DNA of 61,283 bases, filler included, from Candidatus Desantisbacteria bacterium CG1_02_49_89 (lineage in GTDB: Bacteria > Desantisbacteria > UBA1551): NCBI GenBank assembly GCA_001871075.1. It is 4 parts of 4 records of this genome, joined end to end, with 100 filler letters (N's around TTAATTAATTAA, not from the genome) between each part and the next. Parts side by side here need not be neighbours in the genome. Positions count along the whole stretch, not along the records: positions 37,904 to 54,900 come from MNUP01000085.1; 3 more parts are not named here. One strand, written 5' to 3'. The position numbers and the translations under genes were made by a program. Under the pieces are notes generated by a model. The model worked only from the letters and a program-made list of their open reading frames with translations. It ran no database searches and was not told the origin of the DNA. Each line of letters opens with the position of its first letter. The stretch's first letter is position 1. Shown one piece after another: positions 42,076 through 52,600 of the stretch.

Positions 42076-43314
42076 TCAGCCGCCAACCACTTCCATAGCG
42101 ATACGGGCCCAGGCAGAGAGGCGCTCCGGCTGGTAGCGCACCGTGCTGACATCTTTCAGGATGAACTCCAGGGGACAGCCGTGTTTCTCGCAGACCGTCC
42201 GCGTCGCGATAAGGTCTGCCCGGACCACCTCGGGATCAAAGCGTTCCATGGCGACAAAGGCCGGGTTCGGCTTGCGCGAGAAAACAAAGTCCCTGCCTAT
42301 CCCGGACGCGCCGCGTTCCTGGTTCGTCCACGGGCTCATTGAAACTTTGCGCACGTTGGGGATCATGCGCACTTCTGCCATTTTGCCGTCCAGCGGGTCG
42401 CAGCACCCGTAATAAACCAGGCCGAAACGCGCGCAGTAGCGGCTCGCGTAATCCACCTCGAATTCCTTGAACATCTTGGGCGAGACCGTGGAAAACATCT
42501 GCGCAAGCCCTGCAACCCAGAGGTCCTTGGTGCGGGGTTTCTTGGGATTGAATCCCGGCGCAGGCAGCTCGTCAGTGTAGGCGCCGGTGCAGTGTATCAG
42601 GCCCTGCGTCTCGCACAAAAGCCCCTGTTCCTCCAGCTGGTCAAGCATTGCAAGATAACCCTCGGTTACGCGGCCGACCAGTTTGTGCATATATTCAGGC
42701 CGGTCCACCAGGGCGTACAGCGCGTTCTCCACGCCCATCCATGTGCTGATTGGGTCCCACAAGGACATGCACCACGGGTCCATGCCCCAGGGCCGCACCT
42801 CGAGCAAGCCGTCAAAGAGTTCGTGAGCAACAGCCAGGCGGCGTTCGGTCTCTGCCGGGTCATGGGTGATCCGCGGTTTTTTAATTTTCTCCAGGTCCGC
42901 TTCGGTCTGGAACTGGTTTTCGAATTTGTGGCTTATGACGTCCCTCCCCGGGTCGGTTGCCAGGGTTTCCTCCTGCACGCCTATGCCGAATCCGCTGTTG
43001 CCAATCGCCTTCGGCACCGGTATGAACGGCTCCACGACCATATCCACGGGGAAATGTTTCCACTGGTAGAGTGTCCGCCGCAGGTACAGCTCATACCCGC
43101 GGCATTCACCGTCCGCGCTTTTCAGGGTCAGCTCTTCGCCGGTGTTCATCTCGTTCCAGCAAACCTGGTCGATCATCACCATCGGGCGCGCCGGAGCGCG
43201 CGCGTTCAGCTTGCGCCACAACGCCTTCTTTTCGTTCTGCGCGGGAAGCGCCGCGATCTCTGCCGCGCGGGCGGCAAGCTCCCGCACTATCTTCACATCA
43301 TCCCTGCTCAGCAT
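42076..43314 (-). CDS. uroporphyrinogen decarboxylase-like protein
   Basis: LVDRPEYMH, VSPKMFKEF, YYGCCDPLDGK, VSMSPW, SRKPNP, ILKDVST. Confidence 0.7.
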   Translation of the reverse strand: MLSRDDVKIVRELAARAAEIAALPAQNEKKALWRKLNARAPARPMVMIDQVCWNEMNTGEELTLKSADGECRGYELYLRRTLYQWKHFPVDMVVEPFIPVPKAIGNSGFGIGVQEETLATDPGRDVISHKFENQFQTEADLEKIKKPRITHDPAETERRLAVAHELFDGLLEVRPWGMDPWCMSLWDPISTWMGVENALYALVDRPEYMHKLVGRVTEGYLAMLDQLEEQGLLCETQGLIHCTGAYTDELPAPGFNPKKPRTKDLWVAGLAQMFSTVSPKMFKEFEVDYASRYCARFGLVYYGCCDPLDGKMAEVRMIPNVRKVSMSPWTNQERGASGIGRDFVFSRKPNPAFVAMERFDPEVVRADLIATRTVCEKHGCPLEFILKDVSTVRYQPERLSAWARIAMEVVGG

Positions 43315-43424
43315 GCTCGTTCTCCTTTCGGATAAACATATTTAAAAATACCTGGCCCTGCCTTTATTATTTGCGCCGCCTTTTTAAATGACATGGTATC
43401 AACTTTGTGAAATTTTTCACATTG

Positions 43425-43577
43425 TCGCCTGTGGATCGTTTCGGGGTCGAATGTCTTCTTCTGCCGCATCTCCAGCTGGTTCACCGCACTTGAGGGCATG
43501 AAATTGCACCCAACCAGCCACGGCTGTTTGTAATACCGCTCGTTCGCCCTTTCTTTAGTCCGCGCTTGGCTGCTCAT
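43425..43577 (-). pseudogene. N-terminal remnant of a GH5-like glycoside hydrolase
   Basis: KQPWLVGCNFMPSSAVNQLEMRQ..TFDPETI resembles a known family N-terminus, with Arg where Trp is expected; truncated. Confidence 0.5.
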
Positions 43578-43623
43578 TTCCTCATCCGCATTGATCGTTT
43601 TTTCGACAAGATTTACACTACAT

Positions 43624-43951
43624 TTATACATTATTTAAATTCTGTAGTGTAAGATATTCTTTATCAATTAATTCATACATAAGCGGAAAGAGGGGCTTTG
43701 CGTCTTCAAGGCTCTTTTTTATCTGAACCTTCCATTTCTTTGGGAACCCTGAATATATTTTGCCTATATCTTCGGGCTTCAGCGCCTCACCCACATAAAG
43801 GGCCTGTTCTATATCCTTCATTTTCTTATTTTTTTACCCCAAAATGCTCCTGGTATAGAAAGAAGCACCAACTGCCTATCAGGACGATCCCTTCTTTCCA
43901 CAGGTCGTTGTCATCAATGATCTTAAGTACATTTTTAACGGGCTCGAGCAT
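43624..43951 (-). pseudogene. internally deleted GSU2403-like nucleotidyltransferase-fold gene
   Basis: N-terminal IVLIGSWCFFLY (43826-43951) abuts a C-terminal-like KDIEQA..PKKWKVQIKKSL (43624-43821). Confidence 0.5.
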
Positions 43952-44249
43952 TTCTTTTCCCCTCGGACCGCCTGATTATCTCTAACGCCTGTTTCGCCTC
44001 TTTCAGCTGTTGCAGCATCAATTTGCGCTTTTTAAGATCCTTCTCGATTAAGACGGGCTTTTCTTTCCCAAGGTATTTGTGCACAACCTTTTCTCCGTTC
44101 CTTAACTGAAGATAATAATAGGTCCTGCCGTATATATTTCTTTTTTTAACGCTGCCTTTGGGCAGAGATCCAATTCCTTTATTAAGTTCTTTTTGGATCG
44201 CTATATAATATTCTTTGCTTTCCTGCAATATGCCTGTTAGAACCCTCAT
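43935..44249 (-). CDS. small basic protein (DUF6788-like)
   Basis: LPKGSVKKRNIYGRTYYYLQLRNGEKVVHKYLGK. Confidence 0.65.
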   Translation of the reverse strand: MRVLTGILQESKEYYIAIQKELNKGIGSLPKGSVKKRNIYGRTYYYLQLRNGEKVVHKYLGKEKPVLIEKDLKKRKLMLQQLKEAKQALEIIRRSEGKRNARAR

Positions 44250-44633
44250 CTCTTCCTCCGGCCATACACTACAATTATACAATTTATTACATTTTGTAGT
44301 GTAAAAGACCAATGATATTATATCATAAAAGGCGCCTAAAGTCAAGAAAATAAAAACCGGGCTTTAGCCCAGCTGTTAAATCGGCTCATTCCCGATATTA
44401 TTAGCATTTAACCATGTTGGGGATTCAAAATTATTAAAAGTAGCCTGAAAAAGTTTTAAAAACAAGGGGATTAAAAATGGTGCCTGTCCCATTAACAAAA
44501 TGCCATTTGTATGTGAAGGAGAGGAGAATTAGAAAATGCCGATTATCAACTTAAAAGGCAGTGTAATAGATGGGGTCAGGTCAAATCAAAATATCATCTA
44601 AGTTGTAAATGAATGGGGTGCTGAAGCTATTTT

Positions 44634-45161
44634 CTAAGCATCGGGATAAACGGGGAAAAGATGAGCGATAAAACGACCAACAAACGGCAACAGAACAAAA
44701 GAAAGAAAAACAATACTAACAATTAATAATCTACCGGGTAACCCATTTATTAAATTCATCCTTTCATCACTAATCTCAACTTTAGCTATTCCAAAAATAA
44801 GCAGTAGTATTGAAACTATAGAAATAGAAGGTGTTAATATTCTTAAAAAATTTCGATATGGAGAAAAATATAAAATTACTATTAAAAAATCTCCTAATAT
44901 TGAAAATATTACCGCCCATATTGTAATTTTATTGAACTTCCCCCTTTTCCTAAAATTTGAAGGTGGTTTATTCTCTGTTTTACCTGAATATTTAACCACT
45001 AAGGAAACTAAAAATTGTATAAAACGCGGCATGCACAAATAAAAACCAACAAAAGCAGACGCAAGACCAAAAACAGAAAGGATACTTTGTGATTTAGATC
45101 CCACAAATACACATATTATCCCACCAACTAATAAAAAAATATCCAAATATTTCTTAAACAT
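44634..45161 (-). CDS. AT-rich integral membrane hypothetical protein
   Basis: about 5 hydrophobic segments; GAGG RBS. Confidence 0.65.
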   Translation of the reverse strand: MFKKYLDIFLLVGGIICVFVGSKSQSILSVFGLASAFVGFYLCMPRFIQFLVSLVVKYSGKTENKPPSNFRKRGKFNKITIWAVIFSILGDFLIVILYFSPYRNFLRILTPSISIVSILLLIFGIAKVEISDERMNLINGLPGRLLIVSIVFLSFVLLPFVGRFIAHLFPVYPDA

Positions 45162-45275
45162 TTACCTCGCTCTCTTTCTGATCTGCCCCATCAATTTCTA
45201 AACCACCTGTCCACTTGCTTTCCGACCTCTATCTGTATTCAGTGGATTAGAAGTGAGGGTGGGATACCACGCGTT

Positions 45276-45402
45276 TGAATTTCGACAAAATATGGGAAAA
45301 AGTGTCGAGATTAGGCATCATGGTTAATGCTCACCGACGGGAAAACTTCCACTTATCAGATATATGAATCTCGACAAAATATCGGAAAAAATGTCGAGAT
45401 TA
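45276..45402. repeat. two 38-bp imperfectly palindromic direct repeats, 89 bp apart
   Basis: TGAATYTCGACAAAATATSGGAAAAARTGTCGAGATTA at 45276-45313 and 45365-45402 (35/38 identical). Confidence 0.8.
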
Positions 45403-45415
45403 ACCACAATGGTTC

Positions 45416-46936
45416 CTACTCACTAAAAGGGAAAGCCCTGTTTGCCATATACACAGTAGATGGACCCGCCCCCAACATATTAATAATTCCTAATTTGTGA
45501 AAATGCTCTAAATGCCTTTCCGCTTTTCGATTATTATAATTAAAATGTTCTGCATAATCATTCTTACTTATTTGCCATACAATAAAAACATGTTCTACTC
45601 CACGTATCTCATCACTGTTGAGTTGATCAAGAATTTTCTTGTCTGTTAGAGGTGGAATATCCTTGCTAGATCTATAAAATATTAAATCAAGAAAAGGTTC
45701 TTTAAAAGAAAAATACGGAAAGGGAATATTATATTCTTGGGGTAATGATCTGTATGTATTCATTCCAAGTCCTCTTCCTTCTACTAAATTTAATTCATCG
45801 AAAACAGAAAATATCTGAGGATTTCGACTTAAATAGGGAGCATTAAAATTTTGCATCTGCTCTAAAGAAATAGGTGCAACAGGACGACCAGGACTTTTTA
45901 CGATTATTGTATGTTCATTAATTTCAACGTGACAAAGTGCTAATTTACAATCGTAATCTCTGTGAGCCAAGGCATTAACCAAAGCCTCACGAATTGGTTT
46001 ATAAGGAAAGTCCGTACGAGATGATCTTTGAGAAGATGATCTATCTATACTCGTTCGCAATACGCTGTACCACCATTCTTCAAAAGCCTTTGGAACAAGA
46101 ACCAATGGACCTTTAAAATCCTTAATTCCAACCCTTCTATCCGGATAAGTAATAGTGCCCTTAAGGGTCACCTGCGAATAAAAATCTTCAGGATTTTTAC
46201 CGAAAAGAATTAACCCAATTCCCGTTGGAATATATTTTCCAGCTATTTTATCCACTAATCCTTTGTGGTATAACTTATTGAAAAAATCTTTTGATACTAT
46301 TGTTCCTTTGAAATTCGTTTCTTTTTTATAAAATTCAAGAGCTTCATTAGAGAAATCAGAAAGGCTAGCTTTTTTGTTTGCCTTTTCAAAATCAGACAAA
46401 ACAAAAGATGTATTTTTATCTGCGTTCTCAGCTCTTTCTCTTGCTTGTTTTATGAACTCAAGGTTCTCTTTTTCGATGATCTTCTGTAAATCTTGATCGA
46501 ACATTTTAACTTTAATACCTGCATCTTGTAAACATTTTATACCTTTACGATCAACCATTGGGTCAGGATCTTCAATTCCAATCCACATTTTCTTAATGCG
46601 TGCCGAAACGATGCGTTCAGCACAACAAACTCTTCCGGGACCACGAGATCCAGGTGCGCAAGGTTCTAGGGTAGCAAATAAATAAGAACCTGTTAAATCC
46701 GCTTTCTCATGTTTCTTATCAAGGACTGTAAATTCTGCATGATCCCCCTGGCGCAATTCTCCTCTAAAACCTGTATCGATAGAACCATCGGGCATAAGTA
46801 ACACTGCTCCAACTTTGGGACTTTTTTTATCTGAGCGAGGTTCCTGAATAGATTTTTTCATTACCTTAACTGCCATCTTCATGTATTTGCGTGGTTCAAA
46901 TTCCTTAAATTTTTTTTCAACGCTTTTTTTATTCAT
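45416..46936 (-). CDS. zinc-dependent cytidine/dCMP-type deaminase fused to HATPase_c_4 (RecG C-terminal-like) and winged-helix domains
   Basis: PKVGAVL, HAE, TLEPC..CC, DPDP; then REALVNALAHRDY, SPG, RNPQI, VEGRGLG, C-terminal GAGPSTVY. Confidence 0.8.
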   Translation of the reverse strand: MNKKSVEKKFKEFEPRKYMKMAVKVMKKSIQEPRSDKKSPKVGAVLLMPDGSIDTGFRGELRQGDHAEFTVLDKKHEKADLTGSYLFATLEPCAPGSRGPGRVCCAERIVSARIKKMWIGIEDPDPMVDRKGIKCLQDAGIKVKMFDQDLQKIIEKENLEFIKQARERAENADKNTSFVLSDFEKANKKASLSDFSNEALEFYKKETNFKGTIVSKDFFNKLYHKGLVDKIAGKYIPTGIGLILFGKNPEDFYSQVTLKGTITYPDRRVGIKDFKGPLVLVPKAFEEWWYSVLRTSIDRSSSQRSSRTDFPYKPIREALVNALAHRDYDCKLALCHVEINEHTIIVKSPGRPVAPISLEQMQNFNAPYLSRNPQIFSVFDELNLVEGRGLGMNTYRSLPQEYNIPFPYFSFKEPFLDLIFYRSSKDIPPLTDKKILDQLNSDEIRGVEHVFIVWQISKNDYAEHFNYNNRKAERHLEHFHKLGIINMLGAGPSTVYMANRAFPFSE

Positions 46937-47221
46937 TGGGTCTATCCCTTCATATTAGTTTTATCAATTCAAACAATAAAACCCATTCTGTTTAGTTATA
47001 CATTGAATGGGTTTAGTTTTATACCTTGAGCCCAAAAATGGATCGTTCCCGCAAACTTCTTTGATGTGTTGGTAACATAGTCTAATCACAAATACTCCGA
47101 GTACCATTATATTTTGCTCGGAAAAGGTGGACCTCAAACCGATTATCTGCAGTGATAAAGAATGACAACTGATATTATAACCATATTTAGTAAAAAGTCA
47201 AGGGCAGATATGCCGCTGCTT

Positions 47222-48055
47222 TTATCTTCGCGGCAGGACAGCGGCGGTAAAACCGAGTTCTTTTTTGATGCGGCTTACGTCGTAAACCGAGTCGAACTCA
47301 TGCCCCGGTTGCTTGAAATAAGACAGGTCCACGTCATTGCCCCACCAGTTTTTGAGTATCTCCGCAATAGGGTCAGCGACCCAGGCTTTCGGACCCGTTG
47401 CGTTCATAATGCGGACACCCGGCTTGTACGGAGCTTCCGCTGCCAGGGTAAAAGCGCGGACCGCGTCGTTCAAAGCCATGATGGTTATGCCTCCAAGCCC
47501 CCATTCATTCAGGGGACCGACCTTTGACAGCGGAGTCAGATTGTTATCCCCGCATATGGATGCCAGGCGCAGGTTGATCACGTCGATCGCCTCATTCTGG
47601 CGGCAATAATACCTGGTGACCTCTTCCATAAGGTATTTGGACAGGCCGTATCCGTCTTGGTCAAGGCAGGGATGCTCGTCCGGGATGGGAAGCTGCAGCG
47701 GCCGGAATTTTTTGCTCTGCATGCCCACGACCGCTATCGAACTTGCCATAACAAACTTTTTGCACCCGCGGTCCATCAGGCAGCGCATTAAACAGCGCGT
47801 GCTTTCAACGTTGACCAGGATGCCGTCGCGCTCTAAGCATCCCCCGGTAACCGCCGCAAGGTGCACCACAACGTCTATCTTGCGGTCTTTAAGGCGTTGC
47901 AAATCCTCAAACGAGCCAAACTCACCCCGGACCCATGCCAGGCCCAGACCCGGGTCTTTCCTGCTCATACAGACCACATCGTGATCTTTGGCCATGGAAG
48001 CCGCCAGGGCCTTGCCGATAAAACCGCTTGTTCCTGTGATCAGCACGAAGCTCAT
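47222..48055 (-). CDS. NAD-dependent epimerase/dehydratase
   Basis: ITGTSGFIG, HLAA, ASS, YGLSK. Confidence 0.88.
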   Translation of the reverse strand: MSFVLITGTSGFIGKALAASMAKDHDVVCMSRKDPGLGLAWVRGEFGSFEDLQRLKDRKIDVVVHLAAVTGGCLERDGILVNVESTRCLMRCLMDRGCKKFVMASSIAVVGMQSKKFRPLQLPIPDEHPCLDQDGYGLSKYLMEEVTRYYCRQNEAIDVINLRLASICGDNNLTPLSKVGPLNEWGLGGITIMALNDAVRAFTLAAEAPYKPGVRIMNATGPKAWVADPIAEILKNWWGNDVDLSYFKQPGHEFDSVYDVSRIKKELGFTAAVLPRR

Positions 48056-48188
48056 TATACTTTCTCCCTTCTAATCTATCAATATTTTTTACTAATTTCG
48101 CCCCTCACCTTCATCCTCTCCCTCCCTCCACCAAGATCGGCGGGCAAGCGAGGGGAGAGGGCGGGGTGAGGGTGACTTTTGTGACAGC

Positions 48189-49196
48189 CTAGTCCGCCCA
48201 TTTAATTACAACGCCGATGATATCCTTCTCTTTGCCCTTGTTGATCCGCTCAAACATTTCCGGCGACTCCGCGAAACCGATGCGGTGCGTGATGCAGTCC
48301 TCCCATTTAAGCGCGCCTGAAGCCATGTTCTTGACGACAGCGCGCCTGCACGGTTGCAACCCGTCGTCACAGGGGAATAACATCCTGAGCTTGCGGCCGT
48401 GGGCAGGAAGAAACTGCATCGATACAGGGGCAGCCCCGTAATTGCCCTGCCACACAAAAGTGCCGAGATGGCGGCACAGCGCTATCGCCGGGTCAAGGCA
48501 CTTGGGAATGCCTGTGCATTCAAACACCACGTCAGCCCCGTCCGGCGCGATCTTGCGCACTTCCGCTTCAATATTCCCCGAAGCCCCGTTGACCAGGTGG
48601 TCTGCTCCCATTTTATTGGCGATCGAAAGCTGCTTTTCGCTGATGTCCACGGCGATTACCACGCAGCCCCTGTGCGCGCACGCCGCGACAACGCCCAGGC
48701 CGATCAGGCCTGTGCCGTGCACGACCACGGTCTGCCCCATGCGCGGGTTCGCCATATCAACGCCGAACAGCCCTACCGCGGGCATAACGAACATGCTTGC
48801 CGCTTCCATGGAAGCGCCCTGTATCATATGCGCAACCCCGTGGTCCGTGTGGGGTTTGCAGACGATGCGGGAACAGTGCGTGCCTGAGACGCTGCTTACC
48901 CTGGCGCCGTTTGCCAGCTCAATGGAATCGTTGCCCCGGAAATAAACCTTGTCGCCGGCCTTGAAATCAGTGATGGCGGCTCCTGCCGCCTCGATAACGC
49001 CCGTTCCCATATAACCGGTGCACAGGGGATACGGGCCCCAGGATATTTTATTTCGGATCAGGGCGAATTCGGTCCCGATGCTCACTCCCGAATAATGGGT
49101 CTTGATGGCAACCTGGTCAGGGCCCGGGTCTTTAAGGATAACGTCCTCCAGTGTAAAGTTCTGCTTGTCGCTGCAGATCAGCGCTTTTGCCTTCAC
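48189..49196 (-). CDS. medium-chain (zinc-binding type) dehydrogenase
   Basis: SGVSIGTE, GYMGTG, HGTGLIG, DVVFECTG, ITHR. Confidence 0.85.
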   Translation of the reverse strand: MKAKALICSDKQNFTLEDVILKDPGPDQVAIKTHYSGVSIGTEFALIRNKISWGPYPLCTGYMGTGVIEAAGAAITDFKAGDKVYFRGNDSIELANGARVSSVSGTHCSRIVCKPHTDHGVAHMIQGASMEAASMFVMPAVGLFGVDMANPRMGQTVVVHGTGLIGLGVVAACAHRGCVVIAVDISEKQLSIANKMGADHLVNGASGNIEAEVRKIAPDGADVVFECTGIPKCLDPAIALCRHLGTFVWQGNYGAAPVSMQFLPAHGRKLRMLFPCDDGLQPCRRAVVKNMASGALKWEDCITHRIGFAESPEMFERINKGKEKDIIGVVIKWAD

Positions 49197-49389
49197 CGTG
49201 CCTCCTTAATTACTGATGTTCGCTTAATTGGTTGACGTTTTTTAATGTCATTGCGAGGGCAAAGCCCGCGGCAATCTCGTCGTTAAAAACGAGATTGCTT
49301 CGCCTGCCCGCCACGCTTCGCTCGCGGCTTTGGCTCGCAAAGACAGCCGTCAAGGTATTATACAATATTCAGTAAATGTACTAAAATAA

Positions 49390-49420
49390 ATATGCCTGCT
49401 TTCACCAGCAGGCATATTTT
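49390..49420. terminator. probable bidirectional intrinsic terminator
   Basis: aatatgcctgct-ttcacc-agcaggcatatt stem with A/T tracts on both sides, downstream of gyrA. Confidence 0.55.
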
Positions 49421-49697
49421 ATGCGCAAATTATGCAAAGACCGTTAATTGATGCCAACCTTCTGCTATTCATCCTTTTCTCCGAGTAAATTTTTTCTCGG
49501 CTATACTTTACTAAAAATACATCGGGCGCAATAAATTGCGCCCCTACGCAAAACGTCCAAAAGCAGATTGCCCCAATGGGGTCTCCCAAAGGGATCCCCT
49601 TGGGACCTTTGGAACAAGCTCTGCCACTACAATGGCAGGGCAAGCCCTGCAGCTGCAAAATCCCCCTAATCCCCCTTTTATAAGGGGGACAAAACGA

Positions 49698-52600
49698 TTA
49701 CTTCTTCTTAGGGGGACGGCCGCGCTTTTTGCCTGCGGGCTTTTCCAGCTTTGACCCTTTATCTTTCGCAAGGCTCCCTCCATTACTAACTTGGCGGGTC
49801 TTCGAAAAGCCCTGCCCTACGACATCTTTTTCATCATCCTCAGGCGCTATGCGCGCGACCGCGACAACCTTGTCCCCGGCTTCCAGCTTCATTATGTGCA
49901 CACCCTGGGTTGCCCTGCCTATTTCCCGCAGGCCCTTGACCCCGAACCTGATGATTATGCCTGAAGAGGTTATGACCATAAGCTCGTCTTTGTCCTCAAC
50001 CGTCCTTATGGCAACAACAGGCCCGTTCCTGTCGCTTCCCTTGATGTTGATAACGCCCTTGCTGCCCCTGTGAGTTTTGCGGTATTCCTTGATCTCTGTC
50101 CGCTTGCCGAACCCGTTCTCTGTCACGGTGAGAAGCGACTGTTCCTCGCTTGAGGTTGTGACCATCCCTATCACGTAATCCTTCTTTTCAAGGGACGCGC
50201 CGCGCACGCCTGTCGCTCCCCTGCCCATCGGCCTGACCTCCTGCTCTCCAAACCTTATTGCCTGGCCCTGGTACGTTCCGAGGATAACTTCCTGGTTTCC
50301 GTCAGTAAGGCGCACGTCGATAAGCTGGTCATCTTCGCGCAGTTTCAGGCCTATGATGCCTGTTGACCTGGGATGCGAATATTCCGAGAGAAGGGTTTTC
50401 TTGATGACCCCGTGTTTTGTCGCCATTATGAGGAAGTGCTTGTCATCGAACTCCCGCACCGGTATGTAGGCGGCTATGCGCTCTTCCTGGGAAAGCTTGA
50501 GCAGGTTTATTATAGCCTTGCCCTTTGCCTGCCTTGAGCCCACCGGGATCTCGTAGACCTTCATCCAGTAGACCTTGCCTATGTTGGAGAAGAAAAGGAT
50601 CTGGTCGTGGGTTGAGGCTATGATGATGTCCTCGACAAAATCCTCCTCTTTGGTTTCCATTCCCACAACGCCCCTTCCGCCCCTGCGCTGCCTGCGGTAC
50701 GTGTCAAGCGGCAGGCGCTTTGTGTACCCGGCGTGGGATATCGTGACGACCATGTCCTCTTCCTGTATCAGGTCCTCTATGTTGAATTCGGCCTCTCCCT
50801 CGACTATCTTGGTCCTGCGGCTGTCCCCGTATTTCTTCTTCAGTTCAGCGAGATCTTCCTTAATAAGGTTAAGGATCTCTTTCGGGGTCGCCAGTATGAA
50901 TTCCAGGCGCGCTATCTTCTTGCGCAGTTCGATATATTCCTGGTCAAGCTTCTCCTTTTCAAGCTGCGTCAGCCTTTGCAGCTGCATCTGCAGGATCGCT
51001 ATTGCCTGCTCTTTGCTTAAGCTGAAACTGTCCATCAGTGCCTGGCGCGCCTCGTCCGCGTCCTTGGATTTCCTGATGGTCTTTATGATGGCATCCAGGT
51101 TTGCAAGCGCTATTTTCAGGCCCTCGACTATATGCGCCCTTGCCTTCGCCTGTTTCAGCTCAAACTGGCTGCGCTTCGTGATTATTTCCTGGCGGTGCTT
51201 GATATAATAATGCAGCATTTCCTTAAGGGTGAGCACCTGGGGCTTGCCGTCAACAAGCGCGAGCATTATAACGCCGAACGTTGCTTGCATCTGGGTGTGG
51301 TGGTAGAGCTGGTTCAGTATAACGTCCGGCATTTCGTCGCGCTTCAGCTCTATGACCACGCGCATCCCCTCGCGGTCAGACTCGTCGCGCAGGTCGGCAA
51401 TGCCTTCTATCTGTTTTGTCCTTACAAGGTCCGCGATCTTCACAAGCAGTTCTGACTTGTTCACCTCATAGGGTATTTCCTTAACTATTATATTGGTCTT
51501 GCCCTGCCTGCCTTCCTCTGTATCCGCAAGCGCCCGCACGGTTATCAGGCCCCTGCCTGTTTCGTAAGACGACCTTATACCGTCCCTTCCCAGTATTATG
51601 CCCCCTGTGGGAAAATCAGGTCCGGGCATTATCTTCAGCAGGTCCTTGACATCTATGGCCGGGTTATCTATGACCGCGGTTATCGCGTTGGCAAGCTCAA
51701 TAAGGTTGTGGGGAGGGATGTTGGTCGCCATCCCGACCGCTATGCCCGAAGAGCCGTTGAGGAGAAGGTTGGGCAGAACAGACGGCAGCACGCTGGGCTC
51801 TTTCAGGGTTCCGTCAAAGTTGGGAAGGAAATCAACGGTTTCGGATTCTATGTCTTTGAGCATCTCCATCGCCATGTGCGCGAGCTTCACTTCGGTGTAT
51901 CTCATTGCCGCGGGCGAGTCCCCGTCAACAGACCCGAAATTACCCTGGCCGTCGATAAGAGGGTAGCGCAGGCTGAATTCCTGCGCCATCCTGACAAGGG
52001 TGTCGTAGATCGCGAGGTCACCGTGCGGGTGGTATTTTCCCATACAATTATGAGAAACCATCCCGTTTGCAATAAATTCATGCGTATTTTCTACCTGCAT
52101 ATCATAGGTTACCTCGGGGTGGGCCTGCTCGATTTTCGCCACCCTTAAGAAATAGATTTCGTCTGAAATCACGTCATTTATAAATTCTGCTAAAGGAGAA
52201 CCAACCTTCACCAGTTTCTCCTGAATGCCCCAGTCAACAATCTGAGTTCTTCCCAAGTATTTTTCTTTTAAATCGGCTGAATAACGAATCTTGCAACCAC
52301 CCGGATATTTTATTCCCCTTCTGAATTTCTTACCGGATCTGTCGGTGTACCACCCGCCGCCAAGATGCGAGCTGCTCAATTCCTTAAAAATAGTTTCTGA
52401 ACCGTTAGGAACAATGTCGTATTTAATAAGCTTCAGCCTGTCAGATCCAATCTTCCTTAGCAATTCGTTCTTAGCTCTTTTACCTTCATCCATAAGGTTC
52501 AAAAATGGCGCCAGTTTTGCGGCAAAGCGCCCGTTTGTTTCCAGCAAGAAAGAAGGATGCCTGCTTTTTATCTCTCTGCCGTTAACGATGTGGCTTTTGA

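Noticed and set aside
45276-45402. CRISPR array
   Set aside because: Only two units, similarity extends into the putative spacer, no cas genes in the window
45416-46936. ribD riboflavin deaminase/reductase
   Set aside because: C-terminal region is HATPase/wHTH-like rather than a reductase; no rib genes nearby
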